A stretch of DNA of 64,000 bases, from positions 1 to 64,000 of the forward strand of contig NGBS01000322.1 of the NCBI GenBank assembly GCA_002245135.1, in the 5' to 3' direction. The first letter of the stretch is position 1; each line of letters starts with the position of its first letter. This document shows positions 1-13,842 of the stretch, in pieces. The stretch comes from Proteromonas lacertae (Eukaryota). A program made the position numbers and the translations under genes. The notes beneath the pieces were generated by a model. The model made no database searches. It was not told the DNA's origin and worked only from the letters and a program-made list of their open reading frames with translations.

Positions 1-863
1 CCAGTCGATTTAACTACTGAAACAATGAACCTTTGTATAAATACACATTCAATTTAATTTTCAATAGCGCATTTCATCATCGATTTAACGAATGACGATG
101 ATGAAGTGCCAAAGAAGAGAAGTTACGCTGTCATGACTACCAACGGTCGCACAAAACGTTACAAAACAAGAACGGTTACAAAAATGCGAACAATTGATGA
201 ACAAGATTTACCTGAAGAAGAAAGACCCGTCAGTAGATTATTAATTCAACTCATTAATTGTTTTATGATTGAATTATGACTCTAAATGCTTTTTTTGATA
301 CTTTAAAAAAAAAAAAAAAACATAAAAAAACTGTGCATGAGCACAGGCCCGTACTCGCCATACTTCAAATTTTAAAAAAGCTTGATTCACAAACTGCCAG
401 TTTAAAAAATTCAAAAATTCAAATTTTTAAAAATTCAAAAAATGAAACGGCTATTTTTATTTTAGCCTCGGGTCCAGCGTCAAGCCTCGTGGTCTAGCGT
501 CAAGCCATTTTGGGTCTGTAACCTTAATATATATTATTATTTACTTTAACACCTGAAAATAGTAGAATAAATTCTAGAAATGTTAGTGATAATGAAGATG
601 AAGAACCATTAGAAACAGAAATAGAAATTATTCCTATTAATAAACCTGAGATTGAAATTCAAAAACCATTCATAAATATTTAATTTTATATATAGTCTTT
701 TTTCGTATTTGATTTTTGAAAGTTATTTTTGTACCCCTTAAAAAATTACATAAAGAAAAACCGTTTTTTTTCATTCACACTTTTCTTACTCATTTTCAGT
801 ATTTTATTTTTTTCATTTTTTTTACTTTAATAGAAAATTAATTATTCAATCATTCAATCAAAA

Positions 864-2067
864 ATGCCAGCAGACAGAGTCAAACAACCAACCAATTCAG
901 AATTGTGCTCCCAGCTTCCATTAAAGGGACAGGCTTATGAGTTCTATCAGAAAGTAAGTCGTAACATCCAGCATTTAAAGACATTTTGCGACGAAATGTA
1001 TATTCAAAGTTTGGCTTATGATGACAGCAAAAAATCAAAGAAGAAGCAAAGTCCACCCACAATTCAACTATATCGAATTAGAGAAGTCAGCTACAGCAGT
1101 TTATTATTGCTTTTCCATGTAAGTTTGATAATCAGAAGTTAAATTCCCATCAAACATCTAGAGACATTAGATCAAAATGAGTATATGAAATTTATACTTT
1201 ATGACGATGAGATGAAGAGTATAGTAAAACCAAATGTAAAACAGATTAAACCTTTTATTCAACCTCAGTTAAAACAACAACAACCACAACAAGAACCACC
1301 ACCACCAACTGTACCTCAAAAACCTAAAAGAGTTTATAAAAGAAGAACTGATACTGTAAAGTAACCTAAAACAAAAGCAGTTATTGATAGTGATGATGAA
1401 TTAATTCATTTAAAGAAAAGAAAGATTGTTAAGGATTCTGATTTTGTTGATGAACCAATGGGTATAATTGTGAAAGATACTGAATCAAGAACATCTGCTG
1501 ATGATTTATTAAGTAGCCAAAGTCCTACCTTTACACCTCCAATGTCACCAAGGTCTGATACTACACTTCTTGATGTTACTGATATTGATACACTGGATGC
1601 TGAATTGAAGTATTTTAATGCTGAATTAGCTAAAAAAGATGAAAAAAAACAAAAAGAGATAGAAGAGAAAATTAAACATCAAGATGCAGAGAGAAAGAAA
1701 CAAGAAGATGAAGAAAAAAAGAAAAAACAAGAAGAAGAAGAAAGAGTTAGAAAAGTATAAGAAGAAGCAGAGAGAAAAAGAAAACCAAGAAGAAGCAGAA
1801 AAGAAAAGAAAACAAGAAGAAGCAGAAAAGAAAAGAAAACAAGAATTAGTTGTTATTAGAATGCTTCAAGAAGAAGAGAATATGAGACAACAAGAAGAGT
1901 TAAGAAAGAAATGGGTATTAGAACAAAAGAGACAAATGGAAGAAAAGATGAAAAAAGAAAACGATGAATTAGAAAAGAAAATGGAAGAAGAGTTTAATAA
2001 GAGAATTGAAGAAGAGAAAAGAAAGAAAGCTGAAGAGTTTGAGAAGATGATGAAGAACTATAAGTAA
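864..2067 (+). pseudogene. Disrupted low-complexity coiled-coil (K/E/Q-rich) protein of the AT-rich Maverick-like element
   Basis: One frame runs from ATG 864 through in-frame TAA at 1140, 1362 and 1758, then frameshifts (~1785) into the 1684..2067 ORF with EEAEKKRKQ repeats; convergent with the integrase. Confidence 0.55.
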
Positions 2068-2186
2068 TATATACTTTAAAATTGTCTGGTTTATATACTT
2101 GAAAAAGCACTTTGAATTCATTACTTTGATAAAAATTGGTGTTTGTTTAATATGTAAAAAAATAACATAAATAAAAAACATAAAAA

Positions 2187-3346
2187 TTATACGAAATCAT
2201 TAAATAGCGAATTTTTCTTATATACTCTACCATATTTACTTTTTCTGCCTTCTGGTACTGGTTGAATATCTGGTTCTATAGGTTGTGCTTCATTATTTAT
2301 ACTATGAATTTGTCTTAATCTAAACTTACCATTTGTTGTAATACTATTAACTGGTACTCTTTTAATTTCATGTGATTTGAATCTATATGAACCTATATCT
2401 CTAGGATTGAATTCTTTAGGTATTGTTCCATCCAAGTTCTTAACAGAATATGAAAACGGTCCAACTTTGTGTATTTGGTATACTTTATCAGTATAATAAG
2501 TATTTTTTGAAGTTTGTTATCTCTACGTTCCTTTATTCTTACAAAATCATCAGCTTTAAAATGAGTATCACTTTTACGCTTCTTTAAGTTTCTAGCATGG
2601 GATTCTTTATACAATCTATCTTGGACTTCAAAATCATTGAATACTTCATTTGGAGTTAGATTATTCAGCGCAGAATGTGGTTTTGCATTGTAATCATCTA
2701 CAACAGTATATACTATATTACATAATGATTCAATATTGCTAATTTTATCAAATTCTTCATCAGAAAATGTATTAATTTTTCTATAAAACATATCTTTAAT
2801 AGTTCTCACACATCGATCCAATATTTTCATTATATTATGTTCATTACGTCCTTTAAGTATAAATCGTATATGATTTTTATTAAACAAATCTAAAAATTTC
2901 TTACCATAGCTAATACCAGACTCTTCATCTGATAAAATACTTCCTACAAAACGAGCGTTTTCATCCTTAGGTTGCATACCCTGATAAAACCATTTTTCAA
3001 ACACTGGATACACATCATTTTCTGATTTAGATTTAACATAATATATCCAACACTTACGACTAACAACTTCTATAATTAACAAAAATGGAACTTTTGTATT
3101 GTTGAAAAACACCAAATCTATTTGATATGACCCAGGTAACTTTTCAATTTCATATTTAATTCTATTCCTTTTAGTTGCAGTGATTTGATAATCTGGTTTA
3201 GACTCTACAAGTTCACTACTAGCTTTTTTAATGTCAGATTTTTTAAAGTTATTCTCAAGTTTATTTACAGAGAAATTAATAAAGTCTTGTTTGTTTAAAT
3301 AACCATATGTTTTGTATAACTCATTTATTTTATCTTGTAGTGACAT
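2187..3346 (-). pseudogene. Retroviral-like (rve) integrase of a Polinton/Maverick-like element, frameshifted near the C-terminus
   Basis: Motifs GSYQIDLVF, IEVVSRKCW, ILSDEES, ILDRCVRTIK, YNAKPHSALNNLTPNEV; a frameshift at ~2505 joins the frame containing DKVYQIHKVGPFSY...FKSHEIKRV (ORF 2187..2435). Confidence 0.88.
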
Positions 3347-3384
3347 TCAAACAATATATATAAAAATATGAATGATATATATTT

Positions 3385-4470
3385 CAGGGTTGTATTTATC
3401 GGTTACCGACGGAGATAGGTCAAAACCTATAGGTTTTGCCTTGACAGTCGGTCGGTCAAGCCTTACAAGCCGTATATTATAAAATCTATTTTAATTCATT
3501 ATATACTAATTTTCCTTTCATAAAAACTATCTTATAATATATTTTAATACTTGATTCATATATTTTCAATTCAATTAAATAAATTCTAACTTTTTATAAA
3601 GAATTACAATTTAATACTCAACAATAATTAGGTATTTTATATAATTATGTTCTTATTTATTTCTACTAATCATCAGTTTCATTTGTAATCTATCACATGA
3701 TAAATTTGATTTGGATAAGTTACTTATTTGTCCAGCCTCGGAAAATATTCTTTTTGGCTCTGAAGATATTGCTAGACTGTTTAAACTGTTCTTGGCAAGT
3801 ATGTATACCCTAGGAAAATTGGACTTTAATGATAGCCAGATATTTCCAATGGTTTCAGAGGTGCTGTAATGAATATCATATTGCAAATATTCTTGTACTT
3901 CATTTGGCATAATTAATCTCTTTCTTTTTACTGCAAATGCATTCATCAAGGCTTTTTATCTTTAACATATTATACCAAAAGGTTTTGTAAAAGTTAAAAT
4001 TAAGATGTTTAAGCATATTTGCCTCTTTTAAGGCAATAACTTCACGAGCCGCTCCAATTGGTAAAACTATACTCCTAGAATATATAATGATAGATTATAT
4101 TAGATACATTTATGATAATTTTAAGAAATGATTAATGTCAAGCTAAAAGTTTGCCATTTTTTCTTTCAAATTTTTATAATCATTCTATACTTTATATTAC
4201 ATATATAACACAATAGAATAACTCATTGGTAAGGTTAGATTCAATTATGAAGAAAGAAAAAAGCGCATCGACCGACGGTTAATTCGGTATTTTATAGAAT
4301 GATGTATAGAGCTTGAATTCAATATGTACAGTTAGATAATATTATTAATATTACATGTTTAGGAGGAGGTCAGCTAATAGTTACTACAGCCTGGTGTCGG
4401 TCAGCATTTGTTTATTGACCTACGACCGATCGGTTTTCTCCGTCGGTCATGACCGATTTATACAACCCTG
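3385..4470. mobile_element. Non-autonomous hAT DNA transposon, complete copy (1086 bp)
   Basis: Terminal inverted repeats CAGGGTTGTAT at both ends; 8-bp target duplication ATATATTT at 3377-3384 and 4471-4478; subterminal ACCGAC/GTCGGT motifs; internal hAT dimerisation-domain remnant. Confidence 0.95.
3653..3949 (-). pseudogene. hAT transposase C-terminal dimerisation domain remnant
   Basis: FPRVYILAKNSLNSLAISSEPKRIFSEAG...SNLSCDRLQ resembles the hAT FPxLxxLAxxxLxxxxSSxxxERxFSxxG motif. Confidence 0.85.
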
Positions 4471-4508
4471 ATATATTTAAAGAATTAATGAAATAAAATA
4501 TAATTAAA

Positions 4509-5128
4509 TCATTCTTCTACCTCTCCCAAATCCTTATCACTTAAAGTGTTACCACCATTACCAAAGTTAATAGACTTAGCAGCACTAATAAAACCATTAC
4601 TAATTACTTTCTTAGCAGGGAATGGTCTACGAGTACTAATTAAATCACTATCTTCTATCTTAGTTCTCTTAATTCTGGGAGGTGAAACAAATTTGTTTTG
4701 ATTAGCTTGTTCTTTCTTAATTTTCTTCTCATTACTTCTTCTAATAGTTGTAGCTAAATCAGGATTTTCATCATAACCAACAATATCACTACAAACTCTA
4801 TGATTAACAAAATTTGATTATCTACACTAATCAAATATCCACGAATGATTTTTTCTATAATGTCATTCTCGTTTCTATCATAAATTTGTTTTAATACATA
4901 TTTCACTTCATCAGCTGAATATGTTTCAAAATCTCTTCCATTATTAATTACAACTTTATGATCCAAATCATGAACAAAAGTAATCAATACATATTGACTA
5001 GTTTTAGTAGGCTTAACTGTAATACTCTCAACAGTTCCTTTAATAATCCACTTGTTACATAACTTTGGATTCTTGTAGTAATCACTGAATTCTACATCTG
5101 TAGCTTCATAGGGTGTTTCGTTACTCAT
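4509..5128 (-). pseudogene. Maverick-associated hypothetical protein, frameshifted
   Basis: ATG 5128 (MSNETPYE...); coding-like sequence continues in another frame to TGA at 4509; divergent from PolB. Confidence 0.5.
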
Positions 5129-5215
5129 TTTTATATAAGGGAGAGATGAAAATAAAAAATGATTTAAAAATGTCAAGAAAAATGAAAATGAAAATTTCTT
5201 TTTATTTTTAAAGTT

Positions 5216-5243
5216 GACCAATCAAAGCATCCGACCAATCAAA
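5216..5243 (+). promoter_or_regulatory. Tandem CCAAT-box-like motifs (GACCAATCAAA x2) between divergent genes
   Basis: Two exact GACCAATCAAA copies between the 5128(-) gene and PolB(+). Confidence 0.4.
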
Positions 5244-5263
5244 TTTCATATTTCCATTTTTGA

Positions 5264-7541
5264 TTTATTTCACAAGATGAACCACCACCTCCACCTCCAC
5301 CACCAGAAGAAGCTCCAAAACGAAGATTAGCGCCATTATTTAGTACAGATGCTATTCAAAATAAAAAAAGATACAATAATGATATACCAATAATCAGTGA
5401 TACATTCTTTGGTGGATTAATGCCTTCTTCCTTACCAAAACCTAACCAAAATCAAAGATTTAATGATAGAATACGTGATGCTAGAGAAGTTGATAAATCA
5501 TCTCAAGGTGTTACCAGGAAATGGGTTTTCAATTATAACAATAGAAATTACAGTACACCACAACAATGTTATCATGATTTTGTTAATAATAGTGATATCA
5601 AAGATATATTACATGAACTAGCTGATACTATGAATATGATTAAATTCTTCTTTATTGTGCGTTCAATTTATATACCTGATGAGTCTACTGACAGTGATGA
5701 TGAAGTTTCTATATTTAGTCGTAGTAGACTATGTGAAATTACAAAAATGTCTACTGTAGGTGAAATACAAACTATACTGGAGAATATATTTACGCAAATA
5801 TCAGAAGATGATTCAAATCATCCTCAAAGTGGTCTTACTTTTGCTAGAGTAAATACTATAGAATTATATGTAACAAAATTTAAAGTGATACGTGGAAGTA
5901 GTTTTATTGCTTTACCTGCTAAACTTCAAGGTCTTAGATGTTTGACAAATGTAATAAATGAAGATAATGAATGCTTTAAGTGGAGTGTACTATGTTCATT
6001 ATATTCTAATAATCTACAATGTAATAAAGATAAACCTGAAAAATACAAAATGTATGAAAAGAAATATGATTGGAGTATGTTAACATTCCCTGTTGATGCT
6101 ACAGACAATGAATCTATTGATAAATTTGAAACAAAGAATCGACTAAATGTGAATATATTTTATATTGATATTGCTAAAGATAAAGAAGAAATATTCTTAC
6201 CCATTCATTTATCTAAACAAAAGAAATCTAAAAAATACAGTGTTGTAAATCTATTGCTAATAAAAAATGAAGATGGAAATTCACATTATGTAACAATAAA
6301 TACCTTACCTGCTCTATTTAGAAAAATGATAGATAAAAAGAATAATACTAATAATATATTTGTGTGTCCATATTGTCTCTTCTATACTTACGATGATGGA
6401 TCCTTTAATAGTCACCAAATATATGACTGTCAAGATAAAGAGAATGTATTAAGATTATTCCCTGATAAAGATGATAAAGAAAAATCATACTTAAAATTTA
6501 GATATTGGACTCACCTCCAAACATTCCAGTTGTTATGTATTATGATACTGAAACTTATTTTGTACCTTATGATAATGAATTGAATTTAAGTAGATATAAA
6601 TCTATGGAAGAAATAGATAATAATGATACTAGAATAGAATTATCAAAAACTGAGCAATCTATTATGGCTAGGCATAAGCTTTATTCCTACTGTATCTATG
6701 TAGATAGTAAAATACCAGATATAAATAGTTTTACTGTGATTAAATATAAACAAAATGAGGATCATAATATTGAAAATGATTTTGTATTGGATATATTAAA
6801 TATATACGATCAAATATGTACAGTTTACAATTATAGACTAGCTAATCCTAAACCTTTTGATGGAGATGAAATAGCTAAGGATATACATAATAAAAAGAAA
6901 AAATGTGACTTTTGTGGTAAACCATTTAATTCTATTGATCATGTAAAGGTACTTCACCATGATCATTTCACAGGTCATTATATTGCTTCAATTGGTAGTA
7001 ATGAGAATCTAAATATTGATATAAATAAATTAAAAGTACCAATAATAGGTCATAATGCTATGAAATATGACCAGCATTTCATAGTAAAGGAATTAGCCAA
7101 ATTTGCTGCAATAACTAATAGTCCACTCAATATTATACCTAATACAGATGAAAACTATAAGTGTATACAATACAAAAATTTGGTGTTTATTGATAGTTAT
7201 TTATTCTTAGCAGGTTCTTTAGCAAATTTAACTAATGATCTAAAAATTACAGCAGAATTAAATAATACTAAGAAAGAAAAATTCAAAACAATTTATGAGA
7301 ATTTTAAAGAATATAATGGACATTACCTAGATGATGAAATTATTGAAAAATACTTACTTCAAAAGAATTATTTTCCATATGAGCATATGACATCTATTGA
7401 AGCTTTTGAAGAAAATTTCAAAGAACTTACTATAGATGATTTTAAGTCTAAATTGAATGATAATGAAACTATTAAACCTGAAGAATTTGATTTTGCTATG
7501 GAAGTAAATCAAATATTTGGATTTGATAATATACGTGAATA
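5264..7541 (+). pseudogene. Protein-primed family B DNA polymerase, N-terminal half (terminal-protein region, vOTU-like domain, exonuclease with Endo VII-like insert)
   Basis: vOTU-like DNECFKWSV...HYVTI; ExoI MYYDTET; CDFC...HHDHFTG; ExoII GHNAMKYD; FPYEHM; 1-nt frameshift at ~6520; broken at 7541 by hAT sequence. Confidence 0.9.
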
Positions 7542-8957
7542 GTAACTCCCTTTCTTATTTGTATATACTTTTTCAATTTATTGAATATTATTGTTCTAAT
7601 CGTAACTGACGTATTTAGCTTATGAGCTATTGTATTACATTTATCTAAAATAGGTTTATATTTATTAAGCTCCAAAACTTTCTTGCAAACTAAATTAAGT
7701 GTGTGACTAATACAGCCACAAATAATCACAGGAGCATTGTTTATACTCTGGATTATCTTGCCTACACGCTTCATGGTGTAGTTGTTGTCGCTGCTAACTG
7801 CCACAATTTTATCAAAAGTAATACCATATTTTAATAACGTAGTCTCTATTAGTTTGACTATATTTTTGGCTGTTTCATTCTCATCAATAAATACTGATTC
7901 GAGAAAGTAAATATTAATTTGTTTCACAGCAATATTTATGATGGATCTATTATTTGTATTAGTCCATCCATCTATTATAATACACATTTTTTCATTGGGT
8001 TTAATGCATTCTTTTACTATCTTCTCACCTTCTTCTTTAATTATATCTTTAACAGACTTGATTGAACCAAGTTTAATGGAAGGGTTGATAGATTTGATTA
8101 AGTTTTTAAATGTTTTTGATTCAATCAACTTAAAACTACATGAATTCTCTATAATAAAATCAGCTAAATAACCGTTAATCTTTCTCTGATTGTATTTTGT
8201 TAGATCCAGTTTTTCTTGAACAATTTTACTTTTTTTGCAGCTAATAAATTATAATCTATATATATTATACTTTTTCACATGTCTTTTTAAGCAAGTGGCA
8301 TGACATACAACCATTTCTTTACATGTTTTACATTCAATTCTTTTCGACTTTTCAGTAGGTTTGGTTATGCTTACGTTTGTATTGAAGTAGTTATATACTT
8401 GATCATAAGGTCTTTTTACTGCAGACATTATAAAATGCAGCTTGAAAAATTCAAGTTTTTTTATAATTTTATCTTATTCTCTATAAACAGTCAATACGAT
8501 TTGATATTTTATATTAAAATTTATTTTATTAACATAACCCATGCAAATTAAAAAATATTTAAAAAATAGATAATTTATAATTAGCTATAATTAATGTATG
8601 TTATATTTGATGTATAATTATATATAATAACTAATTACTATTAATTGATGCATTTAAATCATATTCAGAGGTTATTCAGACCATATTATTTTGATCATTA
8701 GAAAACATATGATTATTGCATCATATAATTATATATATGTCCTTATTAACTATATTTCAGACTATTTATGCCATAATTATGAAAAATGAAACCAAAAAAT
8801 ATCGGGACAGAGAAAATATGCTCTACCGCTTACTCCTTACGGATTATACTGTCCTTGGACAAAATGGACAGGTTCGATTTCCGTACAGAGGAAGCGAGAG
8901 TGGAACGGGACAGGGGACGGGACAAAAGCAAAAAGGACGTCCCTCTGCCGACCCCAG
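7542..8957 (-). mobile_element. Truncated hAT transposon (second family): one end plus 5' part of transposase
   Basis: IIIDGWT, VSSDNN, CISHTLNL hAT core motifs (ORF 7496..8128); BED-finger-like CKTC near 8330 (ATG 8428); end near 8957 reading CTGGGGTCGGC on minus with subterminal GGAC repeats; other end missing. Confidence 0.85.
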
Positions 8958-8958
8958 A

Positions 8959-10853
8959 ATAATACTAAGAAAGTAAAATTCAAAACAATTTATGAGAATT
9001 TTAGTGATTTAGATGACATTATTATCGAAAAATACTTACTTCAAAAGAATTATTTTCCATATGAACATATGACATCTCTTGAAGCTTTTGAAGAAAATTT
9101 CAAAGATCTTACTATGGATGATTTTAAGTCTAAATTGAATGATAATGAAACTATTAAACCTGAAGAATTTGATTTTGCTATGGAAGTAAATCAAATATTT
9201 GGATTTGATAATATACGTGAATACAATTTATTTTACTTGAAAATTGATGTTTATATTCTTCAGTCTATATTTAATGATTTTAGAGATAATATATTTGATA
9301 CTTTTCACATAGATCCTTGTTGGTATATTTCATTACCAAGCTTATCACTTGATTTATTCTTACATGTATCTGATGTGGAACTTAAATTATTTTGTGAACC
9401 TGAATACTATGATTTTATATTGAATGGTTTATACGGAGGATTATCATATATTGGTAAGCGTAAGGAAGATGCAAATAACAAATTTATGAAAAATTATGAT
9501 GAAACTTTACCTAGTAAATTCTTATTATATCAAGACTACAATTCTTTATACCCTTCAGTTATGGCTTCTTGTAAAATGCCTTTAGATGACTTTGAATTTA
9601 TTGATCCAAATTCTATTACATTAGAAAGTATACTTGATTTGCCATATTATGAAGAAATGGATCAAGATAGATTGGAGAATAATGATTTTGGTTATATATT
9701 GGAAGTTGATATCGAATTACCTATAGAACTACAAGACAAGTTTAAAGAATACCCATTACTACCTGAAAGGAAGAAAATACCTAAAGAATGGTTATCTGAT
9801 ATACAAACTGAAAGAGCTGAAAATCTTGGTATTATACATAAAGAAAGAGGTACTTACCATGCTACTGAGAAATTAATAACTGATTTGCATCCTAAAGAAA
9901 AATATATAATACACTACCAAAATTTGAAGTTTGCAGTTGAACATGGCTATAAAGTGGGTAAAGTGTACAGAATAATGAGATTTACTGAAGGTCTATATAT
10001 GGGTAAATATATTAATACTATGGTACAAAAAAGAGTCCAAGCTAAAGAAAACAATCAAAATACTACTGCAGACTATATAAAGAAATTAATGAATAGTTTA
10101 TACGGTAAATTTATGAAACGTGTTGAAAAGAGAAGTAACATATCTTTAATTACTAATGAAGACCAAATGATTAATGCTGCAAGTGATCCATGGTTTAAAG
10201 ACTTTATCATTATTGAAGGTGATTTAAGAATTGCACATTTTCATAAGAAGCTATATGAAATTAATAAACCTATACAAATTGGAATGGTTATCTTAGCATT
10301 ATCTAAACTCAAAATGCAAAAATATTGGTATGATGTATTGGATAAAAAATATGGTTCTGATAAGCTAACACTATGTATGACTGATACTGATAGTTTACTT
10401 TTCTCAGTTGAAACTAATGATATTTTTAAAGACTTAGAGGATCCTATCTTTAATAATTGGATTGATGGAAGTAATTTGAAAAATCCCTATTTAGAAAATT
10501 ATAAGTTGGATATACATAGAGCTGTTCATCCAGGTACACTAAATCGATTAAAATTTGAAGAACAGGATAAGAATAATAAAAACCTATATATTATAACAAA
10601 GTTTATAGGATTAAAATCAAAGTGCTATATATACGAAAAGGAGAAAGTGAATGATGATTCTGATAATAATACTAATACTGACAATCGTTGTAAAGGTATT
10701 AATGTGAAAGTTTCTAGAAAAATAACTTATGATATATACAATGATTTTGTTGAAGGTGCTACAAAAAGTCAAAAATATGAAGTATGTCAAATCAAATCAA
10801 TACATCATAATGTTTATACAACAGTGCAAAACAAAACTGGCTTAACCTATTAC
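8959..10853 (+). pseudogene. Protein-primed family B DNA polymerase, C-terminal half, from a paralogous element copy
   Basis: ExoIII YLKIDV; motif A YQDYNSLYPSVM; motif B KKLMNSLYGK; motif C MTDTDSL; KSKCY; cut at KTGLTYY before the expected DDKR-type motif by GC-richer DNA. Confidence 0.93.
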
Positions 10854-10917
10854 CGAAGGAGTCTTCTTAAGGCACATTACTAGAGCAAGATCCATCGATA
10901 AGAACAACTACAATGAG

Positions 10918-12548
10918 ATGGAGCAGGAGTACTTACTTACCCGTCACTATCAACTCAAGATTATCTCCGAGAGAATGGATCTCTTCATTAACAGCACCTG
11001 TAAGCTCCAAGGAAGTGATCTTCTAAGACCAGCCTTAAGAAACATCCAAGAACGCCTTGAAGATATACAACACTTTGTGAAGGACTCCAAGATCAAGGAG
11101 GATAATACCAACTACTTCATCCTCACATCTAAGTTCATCGATAAGGTCATCACTTCCCTAAGACAACTTAGTAAAGCTGCTAATCACCTGGCTGTTGAAC
11201 TAAAGACTTATGAGAAGATGCTTCAACACGATCATCCGATGCTCTTCAATGACAAGACAATCTCCCTGGATGCATACCTTAAGGCAACTAACTACTTGAT
11301 CAACTACACCGATGAAGTTATTCAGATCTTGGATTCGGAGAAGCTGTATCTTCCTAAGAATCAAATGCTGAAGGTGTTTAAGAAGCTCTATCAATCTCAT
11401 GAGCATTACGTTCTTAAGGATTCTGCTTACTTCCTTAAGTGCAAGAGTCAATCCTGGAGCTACGTGAAAGTAGAGAATCGACCTAGTACAAGACCAGACT
11501 CCGAGAAGGTACTTGTCTTTGACGAGGACAACTTACTTCATGCACCCACAGCTGTTACTTACACACAAATGAAGTTAGTCAAGGAGATGATGGATAACGC
11601 ATCCCAACGCTACGTAGACTTCAACAAGGAGATGATCACCTGGTTGAAATATTACGGTATTGACTTCCAGGATCTTCCAGTTACTTCATTGAGTCTCAAC
11701 TTTAAGGATTCCATGTAGGAGTAAAAAGGCATCACTGGTAATGAGTCCATGGAGGAGGAGGACAATGATGATGGTAATATCGATGGTAAGCAGGAGGATT
11801 CATCTTGAGTAAGGAACTTATAAATCCGCAACCTCAACAATCTCATGAACGTCCCGACATCTTTAGCAGTGACAACGATACCGATAATGAAGATAATGAT
11901 AAGGCCAGTAAGGAAGTTAAAGTAACTCCCGTAAATGTCAATGAAGAGAATGTTCCTAAGCTAGTTGACGAATTGCTAGAGCAACCACCTCCACTACCTC
12001 CTAAGCCTGTAATTACCAAGACCGATGATAAACCTACCATTACGAAGAAGAAGAAGACTCCTAAGCAATCTACTGCTGGTAATCTTCCAAAGCCTTCATC
12101 AGCAAGATCAAATTCACGATCTAAGGAACCATCAAAGGAACCATCAAAGGAACCATCAAAGGAACCATCAAAGGAACCATCAAAGGAACCATCAAAGGAA
12201 CCATCAAAGGAACCATCAATGGAGCCTTCAAAGGAACCTTCAAAGGAACCTTTAACAATACCAGTAATCACCAGTGATGATCTTGAGAAGCAAACAGCAG
12301 CTTCCTATCTTGTTAAGAATAGCCATGAGGATGTCAAGGACTCTGATGATGATGATGATGATGCTGATGAACTTAACTTAGCTTTCACGGGACCAAAGTT
12401 ACCTTCAATGATAAGTCCAACTCCACAAGAGACTAACTCCTTGGAAGGCACCGAGATAAACAATACTTCACAGAACACCAGCTGTTTACCAGTCTTAGAA
12501 GAAGAACCGTATATGAACTCACCTATACCTGACTTTAACATGTTTTAA
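10918..12548 (+). pseudogene. Hypothetical protein of GC-richer element with SKEP repeat tail
   Basis: ORF 10918..11718 reads on past TAG 11716 and TAA 11722 through acidic sequence, then frameshifts (~11805) into ORF 11805..12548. Confidence 0.55.
12121..12251 (+). repeat. 12-bp coding tandem repeat (AAGGAACCATCA), ~11 units, encoding SKEP
   Basis: Directly visible perfect and degenerate units. Confidence 0.95.
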
Positions 12549-12761
12549 CTTAAGGCTTCTTTTGTTATTGAATATCATTCTTGTTGCTGTGGGGTTGTAC
12601 AGATACTGTTACATAAATCTTATCGGAACATCGTCTATTGATGATAGCCATCACACGATCGCCTGTGGGCTGTTGAATGATGGTTATCATCAGTCAGTGT
12701 TATCCTTGCTTGTGAATCTCCCGATAGAACAACTAACTACGATAACATTAAAGGACTTACT

Positions 12762-13121
12762 TTAAGTTTCTCATATACACCTTGCAGATCCTTCTGAGTC
12801 TAGCAGCTTCATTGACTTCGCCTTTACCTTTACGGGATGTTTTCTTCCTGTTGATCACGTTCTTAATCCAGTCCTTGACTTTCCATAAGCTACTTCTTCC
12901 TCCGATATTAACAACTCTAAGTCATCCTCAGAAGCAGAGCTTAAGCTTCTTGCACGATAACCATTCCTTCCTTTAGGCATCTTCAAGGAGTCCTTGAATT
13001 TACCTAGTACTTGTTGCTTGCGCTTCTGTAACTGGTCGTACTCATAATTGATCGGAGGCATCGTAGCGTAGATATTCCTGGGCAATGAGTAAGCTGGCAA
13101 TCTCCTTTGATACCTTGACAT
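12762..13121 (-). pseudogene. Small basic protein of GC-richer element, frameshifted
   Basis: ORF 12855..13121 with an alternative-frame continuation SSLWKVKDWIKNVINRKKTSRKGKGEVNEAARLRR. Confidence 0.4.
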
Positions 13122-13173
13122 TGAACTTCTTTTGTTTATCCCAACAATTGCAATTAGGAATCAACTCAATAGC

Positions 13174-13842
13174 TTACTTATCATCCTCATCTAACATACC
13201 CAGCTTCATGCACTTTACCGTGATATCCTTCACATCATCTATTCCCAAGGAGATGTTTATTGTGTTGTACTTATCTAGGTTCATCTTATCGGTAAAGTCA
13301 AAGGTCCATTGCCTTATGAAGATGCGGACGATTCTCTCTCCGGGATGTGCAAGGCCATAAATCTTCCTACGATCAGTCATGGGATTGTACTTCACTAGGA
13401 AGCAATTGTCCTTAAAGAGATATTCACCTGATCCTCTAAGCACATCCTCAGCTTCATGATCATCATCTCCGATAATTCTGAAGAGTCTCTTGAGTACCTC
13501 CCGATTACTATCCACGATCTTGAGCTTAGCGTAACATTGATGATACATTGGAAGGGTGATCTTCTTATCGTCTGGGTCAGGGATGAACTTAGCGATGCAA
13601 TCTATGATCACTGGTTTCTCGGGAGTGATGGTAAGTCTTCGATAGCTATGTCCTTGCTGATGATACTCTGAGTAGATGCTAGCCTGACCGTATAGCTCTG
13701 ATTCCTTTACAGTTGCCTCGTAAGTATAGATTCTCATTACCATCTTTGAAAGCCCTTTCATCATGAACTCATCCTTACGATCGTCTTCATAATTCTCGGT
13801 GATCTCCTTGATGAGATTGAAGTAGCTTCTGTTCTTATTCAT
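13174..13842 (-). CDS. Hypothetical protein, tandem paralog 1
   Basis: Intact ORF; clear similarity to 13910..14515 (YFNLI..TENY, IGD..H.AEDVLRG, WTF.F.D, GI.DV.DIT..C). Confidence 0.7.
   Translation of the reverse strand: MNKNRSYFNLIKEITENYEDDRKDEFMMKGLSKMVMRIYTYEATVKESELYGQASIYSEYHQQGHSYRRLTITPEKPVIIDCIAKFIPDPDDKKITLPMYHQCYAKLKIVDSNREVLKRLFRIIGDDDHEAEDVLRGSGEYLFKDNCFLVKYNPMTDRRKIYGLAHPGERIVRIFIRQWTFDFTDKMNLDKYNTINISLGIDDVKDITVKCMKLGMLDEDDK

Noticed and set aside
2139..2148. TGTTTGTT as Blastocystis-type polyadenylation signal creating stop codons
   Set aside because: Single occurrence noted, and the nearby genes have encoded stops; needs transcript data
12121..12251. CRISPR-like or telomeric array
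   Set aside because: Contiguous 12-bp units without spacers, in frame as SKEP
11843..12541. Antisense ORFs (GSFD repeats etc.) and similar short shadow ORFs across the window
   Set aside because: Reverse complements of low-complexity coding sequence with no independent support
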